A stretch of DNA of 63,833 nucleotides, filler included, from Choristocarpus tenellus KU-1152 (taxonomy: Eukaryota; Protista; Phaeophyceae), in assembly GCA_964200185.2 (NCBI GenBank). It is 10 parts of 10 records of this genome, joined end to end, with 100 filler letters (N's around TTAATTAATTAA, not from the genome) between each part and the next. Parts side by side here need not be neighbours in the genome. Positions count along the whole stretch, not along the records: positions 25,259 to 29,433 come from CAXNAD020015842.1; positions 29,534 to 35,883 come from CAXNAD020008332.1; positions 35,984 to 40,419 come from CAXNAD020014560.1; 7 more parts are not named here. The stretch is one strand, 5' to 3'. The notes below the pieces were generated by a model. That model ran no database searches. It was not told the origin of the DNA and saw only the letters and a program-made list of their open reading frames with translations. The position numbers and the translations under genes are program-made. Positions 25,159 to 38,862 of the stretch are shown here, one piece after another. The first letter of the stretch is position 1. Every line of letters begins with the position of its first letter.

Positions 25159-28100
25159 NNNNNNNNNNNNNNNNNNNNNNNNNNNNNNNNNNNNNNNNNN
25201 NNTTAATTAATTAANNNNNNNNNNNNNNNNNNNNNNNNNNNNNNNNNNNNNNNNNNNNAAATGTCGCGGCTGTATGGTCTAATGCAAGATTTGATCATGC
25301 TTCTGCGCTACAGTACATGCACTTTCTCGTCACCTAACATCACACTGATTGTCACACGGTACTTGTTTTTCTGACGCCTCTGGACAAAGGAGGTGGCGAG
25401 AGTTGACCCCGAGGGTAGAGTGGTCTTGGTGGCTCTCCTTCTCTCGCTTTCGTGGTTCATGTTGCTGTGTGGGTCACCCGTGTGTGTGCTCACAGCCTGT
25501 CTGCAAATAGCGCTAAAAAGGTGTCCGCAAATCTTGCTTCTTTTTTTTCGGTATTGCAACACACGCCATGCTTGGTTAACGACCTTCCCTCCCTGCATTG
25601 GTATTTTGCGGGGAGTTCAGCCAACCACTTCATTCTTGTACATTTTTGGCGTTCTAATCGTCAAAGTTGCATCAAACGTGTTCCTCCGCGCTTTGGCCAT
25701 TATTTGATCGAGGTATAGCTCCCGTTCACCGCAGTTGATACATTTCTTTATATAACCTTCACATGATCTTGTCAGAAGCTTTCATTTGATTGATATTTTG
25801 TTGTATAATTTTTGTGGCAATAGAGTGAACAAAAGCAAGATTTCCCTACTACGCTAAGCTATTGGTACCATCTTATTTCAAGTGCAGTGATATCCATAGC
25901 TCGTCTCTAAGGGGACATAGGGTGTATCACAAGAGCGTGGAACCAGGTAACCCATGCCCTCGAGAAGACTGAAAATTGTGTAGGGTGACAGTACCAGCTT
26001 TTCCCTTTGGGGTTGGCATTGTGTCCATCATCCTCTGTTGGTGGTGCGTAAGACCCTCTCGAAGCAGTCTTGGCACTCACCATCACATTGCTTGAGCTAC
26101 GATGAAGCAATCAATCAACTAATCAGAGTGGCGTATATATTTTAGTGCTCACGAACCTTCTACTATTCTGTCAAGAGTCGCTGTTTTTGAGATCGTTGTA
26201 TTTGACAGTTATCTCAATCTACGAATTGATTATCACATCCTGTATCTACCATTGATCCTTTCTCACAACTCGCTCTCTGTTTCCTTCACTATTTCTCTCC
26301 ACCCTTCCATACCCTCACCCTCCACCACATTCGTTGTTGTTCTATTGACAGGGCCAACTGATTCAAGCAGCTTGCGAAGCTGGGAGGCGGCACAAGCTCC
26401 TAAATCCAGAAAAAATGCGTGGTGACCATGGGAAGCTGGTGTGTTAATATATGGGGGTGTGAAATCCCAGCTAGGTGACGTCAATAATGTAGTGTTTGTT
26501 TTCTACAGATGATCTGATGATGTGATAATCAAAACTGTGGTGTCATAAACTGGTATTATTTTGGATATTATGAAATATTTCAAGCCCCTTCTCGAACAAT
26601 TTGTTCACTATCCAAAGGGTGGAACCAGAGTGATGTACATTCCCAAGTGGGGATATGCATCGATTCTGTCAATGGGACCAACACACCTTTGAACAGGTCA
26701 CTGAGAGGCACAGAGAAGAACTTAGGCTCAAGGCCTAGACTTTGCGCTAGTTTTTGATATTTGTTAAATCGGGTTAAAACTTGAATGGAGATATTGAATG
26801 GAGATAATGAACGGAGACTCAATCAATTAGCCACCAGGGATCCTGAGGTCATTTGATCTACCCACTGAACCAGTAACGTGCTTCAATGACACCACAAAAT
26901 GTCACACCATCAACAAGCAATACACAGGAATATCGAGTGCATGTTGCCGGTCAAGCAATCCAGAAGGATGAACTCCAGAAACTCTGATTGTGCTGAAAGC
27001 ACCAGCTTCAATTTTCAGAGTCTTGAAGTCTGTGGGTTTGGGGGTGAGGGTTAGGAAGAGCGCTTGTTTGTTTTCAGGATTGAAAACTAAAACCTGGGAA
27101 AAGGTTGACATTCTAAATAGCATGCTGATGCGAGATTGCTACAAGTAAAGGTCCTAGTACCTTGGTGTAAACTTTCATCCTATCTCCCAAAACTTCTCAT
27201 TTCGTGAATAATTCAATAGAACATTTTCCTCTCTAACCATTTGCACAACAGCCTTGCCTCACCTGCACTCAAACCCCAATGTTAGTTTAAAGGAATACCT
27301 CAAAGTTAAATCTAGCTTAATGGATTCCTCCAACTTTCCCTTTCGCCGAAAATAACAGATGCATATCCTCGCGGATGCCCAGCAGGGAGCCGTGTGTGGG
27401 TCTGGTGACTTCTCATGTGTCACCAAGATTCAGTGAGTATTGATTGTTAAAACATAGGCTACTCATTTTTTGTTCCTTGATGTGATACAGTACCACCAGC
27501 TCGCCCAGACTGTTGATTGGTCAACTGGACTGGTCGTTACTGTCATTTTTGCATTCCCAACTCATCATCACAACAACATCAATACCTCTTAGAACCACGA
27601 GTACATAGAAGCGCAAGATCAGTCGATATACATCACGTACACAAGGATAGCAAGCGTTAACCAAGTTCCATCAATATTGATTCGATTGTGTTGTTCTGGT
27701 ACATTTTTTTGTGTTTGACATCTTTTTTCTTATTATTAACACTAGAAGACTCGAGTTGCATGTTAATTGTTGGTTATTATTTTTTCTGGGTTGTCATTGC
27801 CCTCTCATAGTACACCAAATTCTCTCTGCGATAGGTGTAACCGATGCACGACTAGATGTCATATATTCAGAGTTAAACCACTCACAGAAACCCTTTTCCG
27901 CCAAGGTAATGCACAGACTTCTTAGCAACAGATCAAATCCATCGGTGCTTTGCAGCAGTATGACTCTCTTCGCAACACAGACCACCCATTTTACTTGAAA
28001 GTACAATGCATTCGATTCAGGCTTTAACATTGATCATACTATCGCTTAGTTCTTAGGAAGGAAAATCATTTGGAAGTGGAAGAGGATATCCGTATGCACA

Positions 28101-29548
28101 TGTGCTCATCATGTCTTACTTGGGTATATGATGTGCGAGGTGTGATTTCTTGCCTAGAGCTGGTTGTTAGGAAAATCACACCACGATATTCCTGTGGCAA
28201 TTGATGTAGTTGAAGAATACATGTGCTGTTCTTGGACAGGATCAGTGATTTAGATGAGCTATGGTGAGGGCGCAAAGGACTGAGTGGAGGCAACATGAAT
28301 ACATTGACCTTGTCATAGTCTAAGCATCGGGTACTCGTGCTCACGGTTTGAAAAGTCCCTCATTTAGGGGAGCAAAGTTCATGTAGAGAACCGTTCTAGA
28401 TGCCCATACGCCCTTTTCCAATCCCTAAGCCCCATCACGTTGCTCCCAGGATGGTTGTGCATCTCTTACAACCAGTGAGATCAGGCTTGACTCCTGACTC
28501 TGACAGACCACAATGTAGACCAGTGTATTAGTTGAAACCTGATTTCGTATGAGCTGTGTGTTGTGATTTGTGATGAAGGAGGTAATAGCGCAACAAAGCA
28601 CTGGTGAATTTGTTCTGGTAGGTCTGATGGAATGTTGTATTCAGTCAGACAGTATTCGAAGTGAAGGTATGTTTTGTTTGTGCTGTAATTAGCATGATTA
28701 GAGGCAAGTGTGTGTGTCATAGTGCAAAAAGACACCTGCGGATGCGATTTGATATGTCTGATGGGATGTATTACTCAATCACGCTTTGGTTGAAGCGAGA
28801 AGGGTGCTGATGTGTCTGTAGCATATTTTTTTACTCAAGTGGACGATAATTGATAGAACTGTGCGGTCATTCATTGAGACATTCAAATGAAGAAATTCAT
28901 CGTCTGTGAAGAGGGTTGTCACCTTGGCAGAGAAAGGTTTCGAAGGATGGTTTTAACTCCGTTTATATTGCATCCTGGCGTGTGTCTTCGATGGGGCAAT
29001 GGCAGTCAAGCAAAAATAATAATCAACACATCCTATGCAACTGATAACTTGCGTCATGGAGATGAAGTAAAAAATAAAGAAGAAATAAGAAGGCAAGCTT
29101 GAGTCCATATCAAACATAACTAATATCCCTCGCAGTATGTGTGTATGATAGATAGCAACTGTTCCTATGGTTTCTATCCACTCTGACGTACTGACAGTGG
29201 TTGAGCAAAGTGTGATGATGAACTAAAGATGGGAATGGTAATAGCGACCAGTACAATGGACGAATCAGCATTCAGTGTGAGCTGACGATGCTGTATCGTA
29301 CCGAAACAAATCGGGTGAGTAGCTTATGTTTTAACAGTATTTCCCATCGTGCCATTGTGGCACACACAAAATTTCTTGATCTCACCACTAAACTTGTAGA
29401 CCTGACATTACTCCCTAAACCTAATTCTACTCCNNNNNNNNNNNNNNNNNNNNNNNNNNNNNNNNNNNNNNNNNNNNTTAATTAATTAANNNNNNNNNNN
29501 NNNNNNNNNNNNNNNNNNNNNNNNNNNNNNNNNAAGATACTTTGAGCC

Positions 29549-29664
29549 TTTACCTACTCCAAAACATTTTTGAAGTAGATAAAATGTCATTAAGAACCCG
29601 TGAGAAGCCAAGCCCCAAATGGACAAACAGGGCAAAAATCGCACCCTCTAAGATACTTTCACTC
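29549..29664 (-). mobile_element. MITE-A half copy, abutted by a MITE-B-type terminus (29534-29548)
   Basis: AAGATACTTTGAGCC joined directly to the A hairpin; ends TAAGATACTTTCACTC. Confidence 0.8.
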
Positions 29665-29669
29665 TGAGC

Positions 29670-30640
29670 AGAAATTATTGAGCAAGGCTGGGTAGCCTGG
29701 GGGGGAACAACAACCCCCGCACCTACCCCAGAGGTCCACACCCTGGCAGCCCATGACGCTAGGATCACAAGGAGGGCACAACACGAGATCACCCGCCTCC
29801 TAAACAGGATCGGCTTCCATTAGCCTCCACACAACCCTCGGAACCAGCACGCCAGATCCCTCCCATAGAGTTTAGACTCACTGCCAGATCCCCCTAGGGA
29901 GGGGGGAGGCCCTATCGAACAGGTGGCCAGTGCCTGTGTGCAGGAGGCGAAATGTGGGTACAAGACATGCACGTCGCTGCCCTAGGGCAGGAGGATAGGT
30001 TCGCCAACACACACCAATGGTGAAGCGTCTAGGTCAACTCTGCAAAGGAATGGGCATCCCTTGCGATATAGAGGACGATAGCCCATTCACAGTTGACCGA
30101 AATTTCTGCATGGAACTGGTCTTCCACGCTAGGGCACTTGTGGATGCCGGATCAGCTTCCCACCGCGACAAAGGCCTCCTTATAGATGTCATGTTTGGGG
30201 AAGTGCAAGCAGCATCCCACCTACCCCACTCACCCACCAGCAACAGTGTAGCTGCTGCTGCACCTGAGGCGCGAAAGGCACTCACTACGAAGGCTCTTTT
30301 GACCCTCGTAGTTAAAACCTCAACACTTTCACAGTGGAAAGTTTTGGGCAGCTCGGGAAGCAAGCGGAAGGTTTTCTGGATGAGTTGGCTACACATGTAG
30401 TAGGGGGGAGAGGGACAGGAGGCTACAACAGGAAAGGGGGTGTCAAAATTTCGTCTACGACAGATAGTATCTGCCACAACACAAGTAGCTATATCTAGAA
30501 TTGTCATGCGTTTTAAGCAAGGGAGATCGGCAAGGAGGGGCTTGCTAGATTCTTTGGATGCTTCCCTAGCTCCTCACCCTGGGGTGCAGAACTAAGCTAG
30601 GTTGGGGGCACAGGAGGGTAGCGGCGTAGCATAACTGGTA
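29670..30640 (+). mobile_element. CRE/R2-type non-LTR retrotransposon 3' fragment (restriction-like endonuclease region), copy 1
   Basis: GMGIPCDIEDDSPF...MELV...KGLLIDV...AAAAPEARK resembles the RLE motif E..RxD..K.LLIDV..AE.RK. Related at DNA level to copies near 31550 and 52710. Confidence 0.6.
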
Positions 30641-31549
30641 GTAAAATAGAAAATATATATGATGAAAATATGTATTTCAAATTTACAATAACTCTTCTCT
30701 GCCTCGTTTCTTCACCATGCTTCTATGCATTGCTTCCTTCTTCCAAGGTTGTACTTGATTATGCTGTCCGCCTCCCATCCATCCAGTCTTCAACTTTCCA
30801 TCTACTCTCCTTATCTTTTTCTTCGTCTCCTGCCAAGAGTTAGCTAACTGTGTATATCTACTACTGCGAATCCTCACGCTCACAAAACTCAGATTACCTT
30901 GTGAGGTTTCCCTAGTATTATCATTGTTGTTATTGTTACTAGACCCAAACCAATCGAGAGTTAGGTGCGTTTGGACTTCTTTGCATTCTAACCCATCTTT
31001 TTTCTTACCCTGTCCAATGCTCTCTATATTTCATTGCTTTATGTGCACAATGGTGTACTCAAAATTGATATTCCTCTTTCCACACACAATAAAAAAAAAA
31101 CATCAAATATTCTTGCTGTAATTGTACGAAATTACATGTTCTTACCCTTTCTTGGGATCTTTGGAATGTAACCTTTCCTATACCTCAATGGGTTTGGCTC
31201 ATTATAATTGTTACGATCATCATTATTATTATCATAATTCATTGTTACTATAAACGTCATTATTATTTCTGTTGTTAATCATTGTTATCATCATCATCAT
31301 CACTATCTTTCCTTTTCTTTATCCATTATATTACATTTTCTTATTTATATCGTGATCATAATCACCCTCATTTTTTTAATAGTTAGTCTTTGACATTTTG
31401 TACATGTACCAAAACCTAAACAATACAGAATATGCAACTGTTGTCAATCCTAAGACACCTCTCTAAGCAATACTGACTAAACTGAAAACTATAAATACAT
31501 CCCCTTTCAAAGATTGTTCAGTAGTAAGTAATGTGTACATTGGTATGCT

Positions 31550-32390
31550 TCTAACCTAGCTTAGCCCTATGAAAGTGGGCGAGGAGGTAGGGAAACATCC
31601 CAAGAATCTGTCAGGCCCCTTCTTGTCACTTACCCGGTGTCTTTAGCTTGAAACGCATGGCACATCTTGAGAGAGTCAGTTGTGCAGCAACAGACTACCT
31701 GTTTCAAACGGGACTCAGCAGTCCCTTCCATGCGATAACCCTCAGTCCCTCTCCCCTTACCACATGGACGGCAAACTCATCCAGGTAACTCTCTTCTTCC
31801 TTACCAAGGCGCCCAAAACTTTCCACAATGAAGGTGATGAGATCAAAACTACAAGGGTCAAAAGATCCCCTGTAGTGGGTGCGTTTTCATGCCTCAGCTG
31901 CGGTAACAGTTACACCATTGTTGGTGGATGAATGTAAGTGACAGGCTGCTTGGACCTCTTCAAAATCATCATCCAGAAGGAGGCCTTCGTCCCAGTTAGG
32001 AGCTGAGCCATCATCTGAGAGTACCCCAGCATGAAACACCATATCCATGCGGAAGGTCCTGTCCACTGTAAACGGGATCCCATCTCTCTATTTAATGCAA
32101 GGGATGTCCACTCCCCTGCAGAGTTGGCCTAAGCGTTTCACCTTAGGTGTGTGGTGGTGTACTTGTCCCTCCACCATAGGGCAGGTGCAAGCATGTTGGG
32201 TGTTGACATTGTGCCTCCTGCACGCAACCACCAGGGACCTGTGGAGATGGCCTCCTCCCTCCTAGAGATCATCTTCTGGTGGCAAATCCAGAGTCCACAG
32301 GAGAAATCCGATGTGCTGGTTCTAAGGGTTGTGTGGAAGCCCACACATTGACCCTCTTGCCCACACTGGCTCTGGTGGCAGCCTAATACT
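31550..32390 (-). mobile_element. CRE-like non-LTR fragment, copy 2 (degenerate)
   Basis: Reverse-complement similarity to 29700-30600 (for example AAACGCTTAGGCCAACTCTGCAGGGGAGTGGACATCCCTTGC versus AAGCGTCTAGGTCAACTCTGCAAAGGAATGGGCATCCCTTGC). Confidence 0.6.
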
Positions 32391-32412
32391 AGTAAAGTAC
32401 TTTTCCTTCTAT

Positions 32413-32670
32413 GAGTCAAAGAATTTAATAGGGTAGGACTGTTTCCGCTTGGACTCATAAACTCAATGCTACGATTTTGATGATTTCTGGTCATCATGTT
32501 TGTTAGCAAGTATCAATATCCTTGCTCCAGACACACCTTTCATAGTTGTATACATATTAGGTAAATGTAATCACACAGAAAACTGAAAAAGGGCATAAGA
32601 ATCCTGTGGGAAGCCAAGCCCCAAATGGACAAACAGGGCAAAACTTCTACCCTCTTAAATGCTTTGGGTC
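32413..32670 (-). mobile_element. MITE family A, older diverged copy
   Basis: GAGTCAAAG ... GCCCCAAATGGACAAACAGGGCAAAAC ... TTTGGGTC. Confidence 0.8.
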
Positions 32671-33743
32671 CTTTGTTCTTCAGTATCATCTTGGAGGTAG
32701 GCCAGTTGTGTTTGAGAGGAGACGGATCGGGTATTTTTAAAGGCGAGTGATTTCGTGCTGTGCCCTCCTCCTCTGGGGGAAACGCTATTGGAAATTTACA
32801 TGGCCCCAATGCCTGCATTGGTGGAATATTGCACCCTCTGGGGGTTGCTGCTCTCAAGGTACCCTTGCCTGATATGTTGAGATGCGGTAAGCCGTTGCCA
32901 CCCCCCTAAAGAGCAGTGCTGCGCCAAAAATCAGATGGGACGTAATTCCCCCCTCCTGCACCTGTGTCAAGGAGTTCCTGGACAGGCATTCTTGAACAGA
33001 CTTTGCGTGGATGCCATAGCAGAGCAGATATCCTCACTTGACTAATACGCTGGGCAGGTGTCATAGCGAATATTGTCGAGTTGGGAATGGGAGTCTTACT
33101 GTCTACAGCTGAAATGAAGTCTCAGACGCAGACTCCAGGGCGCAGCTTCAAGACGACTGTGATGCTTCCTGATCGAATGGGCTTATCGCAAATAGTGGAG
33201 GGAGTTCTGAGTCTTGCATCGCTGCTAGGTATTGAAGATATGTATCTGTTAAGGCTACGATCATATATAACTCTTCAGTAGATTTAGCATCTGGATATTC
33301 CTGATCAGGTCTCAAAAGGTATGAGAAGTATCCTTTAGGAACTATCGAGTCGTCATGTGTATACCCTCACTTGCTACCTATGGACCTGAAGTAGTCTCGA
33401 CCATAAGCAATATGGAAGCAAACCTGGTGTGCTTTTAGCCATGTAACGACTTCGTCTGGAGAGGGAGACGATGTAGACAAGTCATTGTCTGAATGATGCT
33501 GACTTGTATCACTCACCTTGTCTGCGGCTAACGAAGGTAAGTTGTGAAACACAGACTGGGCGATGGGTGGGACTGGTCGAGCAGGTTTTGATGCATTGTT
33601 ATTATTAAAGAACGAGGTCTCAAGTTTCCCAGGAATGGATGTAGGTTGGTTTTTAGGCAGCACAAACAGCGGGTGAGTACTTCCGAGCTAGAACAGGTTG
33701 GAACATCGGCACGATGACTTCAAGTAGACTGCTGACCACTTCC

Positions 33744-33995
33744 TGTTGTGGCAGCGAAATTTGGCTTGTTTCCTCTTCTTCCATGGACGTCCCATTCCGG
33801 CAAGGTAGTCCCAATTTCTGCCTGCTATACAAGGTTTCGGCCGTGACGGTCGAAGGGTGTGACATGCTAGTCGTTGTTGTGGCAGCGAAATTTGTCTTGT
33901 TCCCTCTTCTTGCATGGACGTTCCGTTCTGGTAAGGTAATCCCAGTTTATGCCTGCTATCCAAGGTTTCGGCTAATGACGGTCGAAGGGTATGAG
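33744..33995. repeat. Tandem duplication, ~130-bp unit x2
   Basis: TGTTGTGGCAGCGAAATTTG...TGACGGTCGAAGGGT occurs twice. Confidence 0.85.
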
Positions 33996-34859
33996 CAAAC
34001 ATAGCACATGCATCTGCCATGATACCCAAGGCAGTGTGAGTGTTAACCTTATGTGACATAGGTTTGGTAACATTTGGGTTGGCTGAAACAAATGCGTATT
34101 GGTCCCTCTGGTTGAATAGTCCCTCTATCAGATCATCAAAAGATACGTTCCGCTTTGATTCTGGGGTTCATCATTTCGTTTCCCAAGGATTATTCTGTGA
34201 AATTGCTAGTGGCGAATTTGGATTATAATTTCTTTACGGAAGGAAAGGGAAAATTTATGAAGTAATCTGAGTTTTGCGCCCAGGAGAATTCTGGTAGGAA
34301 TGATGTATAGGAAGGGAGGGGTCCGGAAGAGAAAAGAAAAATGAGTTAAGGGTTGAACGAAGAGTTAAGTATGAGTGTATATAGATAGGAGAGAGAAGAG
34401 GTAGGAGAAAAGTTAAAGAATGGGTGGTGGTGGAAGCACGAGGTAGGAATGAATGGTCAGAACGTAAGGAAAATCTAAGGCTGGAGGTACAGGATGAGGA
34501 GGGCTAGAACAAGACAACTTCTGAGCAATCTCTCCCACCCACCCACCCACCCTTTTGCTTGCTCATGACCGATTAGGAAGCTGGGTAAGGGGAGGGGAGG
34601 TCAAGTTCGGGCGGGGTAAATGTCTTCTAGTTCAAAGGCACGGTATGAAGTGGCTGATGAAGGGGTGTTCGAGAATGATTGTGGAGTGGTGTTGAGTGGT
34701 GTGGGGCATTGGAGAGTGGGAGAAATGTTGGGGGGTTGAGTGGTGTTGAATGGTGTTGGGAAGCGGTAAGTGGAGGAAAGTCTTGTGAAGGGGAGTGGTG
34801 TTGAATGGTGTGGTGGAGTGGTAAGTGGTGTGGGGTTGAGTGGGATTGAAGGGTGGGGT

Positions 34860-35130
34860 GGTGTCTGGAAATCAGTGACGAAGGGGGTTCACACTGGTTG
34901 GTCATCAGAGGTGGGTGGTGGCTGGAAGTCAGTGGCGAAAGGAGTTTGCACTGATTGGTCATCTCATGGGGGGGGTGACTGGAAATCAGTGGCGAAGGGG
35001 GTTCACACAGGTTGCTCATCAGAGGTGGGCAGTGACTTGAAATCAGTGGCGAAAGGAGTTCGCACTGGTTGGTCATCTCATGGGGGGGGTGACTGGAAAT
35101 CGGTGGCAAAGAGGTCATACTGGTTGGTCA
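34860..35130. repeat. 57-bp minisatellite, ~4.7 units, alternating A/B variants
   Basis: Unit ..TGGAAATCAGTGGCGAA(GGGG/AGGA)GTT..CACTGGTTGGTCATC(AGAGGTGGG/TCATGGGGG). Confidence 0.9.
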
Positions 35131-35789
35131 CAAATGGTGGTACAATGGGGAGAGTGGGAATGGGTGGAAATGTAAACATAGAATAAAATAGTTGTAATAC
35201 AGAATTCATAAGCAATGCAAAATGCCATATTCTGAACTCCTATTTGGTCTAGGACATTAGAGAGTAGAATCGGGAGGGCTCATTCACACAAATCAACGAG
35301 TTGATCTTCGCCTATGTATCTCCAGAAGAAAGGAGATAACAAATATGAGGCATCTGTGAGCCCCCAGTATATGGTCGAAAGTGCAAACCCAAGCGATTGG
35401 CTGCAGTCTTCCATGTCTCTCCTCTTTCTTTGTCTTCAAACAACTTATGGCAGCCTTTACTGCGTTTTTCGACTGGCCATAAGAAAGGGTGCATTCTCTC
35501 ACCAAAATGCGAACCCAGTCGCTTACTGTTGTGTCATCTCAAGGAACCTGTAATAGCTGCTCTGTGATGCTCAGGACCTTGATTATAGAAGAGTCGCTCA
35601 GAAGATCACTGTGTGTTATAAGAGAGTCAGACAAGAGTTCAAGGAACTTGATGCAGAAAAATGTTTAGTCATCACTGCATGGAAGAGATGCAACACGGTT
35701 CCAGGACCAATCCTTGAGTAAGGCCCATATTGCTCCTTGAACTCTCCTGAGAGCCTTAGTCAGAGCATCAGCGAAGAAAACAGGATTGT

Positions 35790-35883
35790 GGGTCAAAGTA
35801 TCTGGGAGAGGGGGGTGGCTTGTGAGGGGGCGTCCGTTTCAGTCAAATAACTTTTTTTTTTGCTGACATTTCAAATCCGACTC
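35790..35883. mobile_element. MITE-B-related terminus at contig end
   Basis: GGGTCAAAGTATCTGGGAGAGGGGGG...GTCCGTTT; the interior diverges from B. Confidence 0.65.
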
Positions 35884-37725
35884 NNNNNNNNNNNNNNNNN
35901 NNNNNNNNNNNNNNNNNNNNNNNNNNNTTAATTAATTAANNNNNNNNNNNNNNNNNNNNNNNNNNNNNNNNNNNNNNNNNNNNCTCCGGGAGCGGGTGGT
36001 TACGATCGTAGCCTTTGTGTAAATTACCTTCGGAGGTAATGCGATTTTTTTTTTTTTCTGGCGCAGTACTACTATATGGGGAGGTAGCACCGGCCTACCA
36101 CACCTTACCCAAACTGGTAAGGGAACGTTACATGCGACAAACTCGAAAGGATGCAGTACCCCACCTATGCAGGCACTAGGATCCTTCATACTCCCAATAT
36201 CGTTTCCCCCAGAGGATAGAGTCCACAATGTGACATTTAGAGTAGTAGTGGAAGGCGTACCTTACGGGATGGTTCTGGGAGCCGCATTCTGAAGGCAATA
36301 AAAGAGCATAGTATCTTTTAGAGAGGGGGAAGGCTTTCGACCAGCTCCAAACTCAGCATGGATACCTCTTGTTCGAGCTGTGACACCACGATCTCGTGAT
36401 AACAATGCACCCCTCTCAGCCCTAGGAGAATGGCAAGCATCAATGACACCCACAACCCGACCATCCAAGTACCACAGACTGCCTCCCAATAACCCCAGAT
36501 CAGCTGAATGTAGAGAACCCCCCCCTGACAAAGCCCCTAGACTCCCAAGATGCACTAGTACTCTAACTGGTGAGCATACACCACCAGAAAAGAGGAATAT
36601 GTAATTTTTTTATGTAGACCCAGAAGAAGGCACCCAAGATATATGGATCCAGAGGAAGGTATCGCCACAATAGATCATGCCCAGGATAAGGATCCCCTGA
36701 CCCGATCATTGGAGAGTCTAGGTGTAGTATCCCTTCTGGTAGAGGTAGCGTGGGAGGATGATGGGACTCTGCAATGGGAATTGCGTCTGTCAGAAGTAGA
36801 ACATGTAGAAGGGTTAGTCAGCAAAGTCTGCAAAGGATTTGTCAAGGGGGCACAACCACAGTCCAGACAGTTGGTGATGATTGAGCCCTTAGCAGAGTAT
36901 AACCTGGAAATAGGGAATGCTGTCGGAGTTGCCAGAGGTGTACAATGGTGGAACCCAGGAACCCCCATTTATTGTAAGCTGATAAATACGTGCAGTAAGC
37001 CCAGTAGTGTCCAGGCAGGGCTGTTAGTTGCAAAGGCGATTGCTAAGATAAAGAGAGGGTGGTTGTGCACTTTTTCAGTCACTAGCCCATCCCCCCAAAG
37101 ACCCTCAAAAAGCACAGGTTTTGTTTGCCAAGACTTGTTCTCAGACAAGGCATTCCCCAGACGCAGAGACGAGACTGGTGACTGCCCGGTAGCAGAAGAA
37201 GAAGACACCCCTTCAAGTAAAGCTAAGGAGGTCCAACATCAATCGGTGAACCTCAGAGATGGCAATATGGGACAGCTGACACCAGGGCAGAAGAAACAGT
37301 TGGTGGAATTGTTGGAAAAAATTAGAAATTTAGGGGTATTCCTTGAAGATCTGAAACGAGTTCCCCCATGCTCTAGAGGAGTACTACATATACCACTATT
37401 AGACGAGAACTGTACACCGTATGCAGCGAAACAAAGGCGATTTTCTCCTGAAGAAACGCAGATGATTCAAGCCGAGGTGTTAAGCAGTTGCCGAACGTGG
37501 TATTATCAGACCCTCCAATTCAGCATGGGCAGCAGCAGTAGTAGCAGTACGTAAGAAAGATGGGACCCTGAGGTTGTGCACAGACCATAGGATGCTTAAT
37601 GACCTCTCGCGTAGTGATAGTGGTGGTCTTGGGAACATCATCAGCATCTTTGATAAGCTTAAGGGTTCTAACTATTTCACTACCATAGATCTAGCATCGG
37701 GAGTCTTTGAACTAGAAATCGCAAA

Positions 37726-37983
37726 GAGTGAAAGTATCTTAGAGGGTACGAGTTTTGCCCTGTTTGTCCATTCGGGGCTTGGCTTCCCTCAGGGTTTTTA
37801 CGACATTTTTCTACTCCGAAATATTTTGGAGTAGGTAAAGCGTAAACGTTATGAAAAGGTGTGTCCAGAACAAGGATATCGACACTTCCCAACAAACACA
37901 ATAGCCAAAATTACATCAAAATCGCAACATTGGATTTTGGCCCCCAAATGGACGCAGCTCTACCCTCTAAGATACTTTGACTC
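37726..37983 (+). mobile_element. MITE family A inserted in gypsy RT
   Basis: Removing it restores ELEIA-EVDKHKRAF; flanks aaa/aga. Confidence 0.93.
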
Positions 37984-38607
37984 AGAGGTAGACAAACATA
38001 AGAGAGCCTTTCGTGACGCTCATGGACACTTTGGGAATATAACTGGTGTGGCTTTGGGTTGAAATTCCTAACTGCAGTATTCTCTAGTTCCATGAGAGAG
38101 GCATTAGGAAATCTCAAAGGAAACGATGTAGAAAACTGGCGAGACGATCTTTTTTGCTATAGCTCATCATTTGATGAACACATGACCAAACTTCGCCTCC
38201 TTCTTACCAGACTCAAGCAATACGGCCTGTCTGTGAACTTCCCCAAATCCTCGTGGTGCATGCCCTCACAAGAATTTGTAGGAATGAACGTAGGTAGAGA
38301 TGAATTGAGTCCTGCTCCATCAGAAATTATAGCAGTAGCAAAACTTGATCCCCCATCTACAGTTGAGCAGTTAAGAAGTTTCCTAGGCATGACAGGATAC
38401 ATGCGACAGTTTGTTCCGAACTATGGCGAAGTAGCTGCACCTCTGACTAATATCCTCCGGAATAAAGGGTATGCTTCCAAAAGAGACAGGAAGATGATCA
38501 TTCCCTTGGGGACCAGAGGAGCCGAGAGCCTTTGAAGAACTTAAGGTGCGTCTGGTCTCTCCACCAATCCTAGTCTTTCCTGACTGGAATTAGAAGTTCC
38601 TCCTCCA

Positions 38608-38862
38608 GAGTGAAAGTATTTAGAGGGTACGAATTTTGCTCTGTTTGTCCATTTGGGGCTTGGCTTTCCACAGATTTCATGATATTTTCCTACTCCGAAA
38701 TTGTTTGAAGTAAGTGAAATGTTTATGTTATGAAAAGGTGTGTTCGGAACAAGGATATTCACACTTCCTGACAAACACAAGAGCCAAATTTGCATCAAAA
38801 CCGCAACATTGGATTTTGACCCCCAAACGGACGCGCCTCTACCCTCTAAGATACTTTGGTTC
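38608..38862 (+). mobile_element. MITE family A inserted in gypsy RNase H
   Basis: TSD tcca/tcca; removing it restores KFLLHTDAS. Confidence 0.93.

Noticed and set aside
34627-35186. Repeat-protein ORFs on both strands
   Set aside because: Explained by a 57-bp minisatellite whose length is a multiple of three; there is no other coding evidence.
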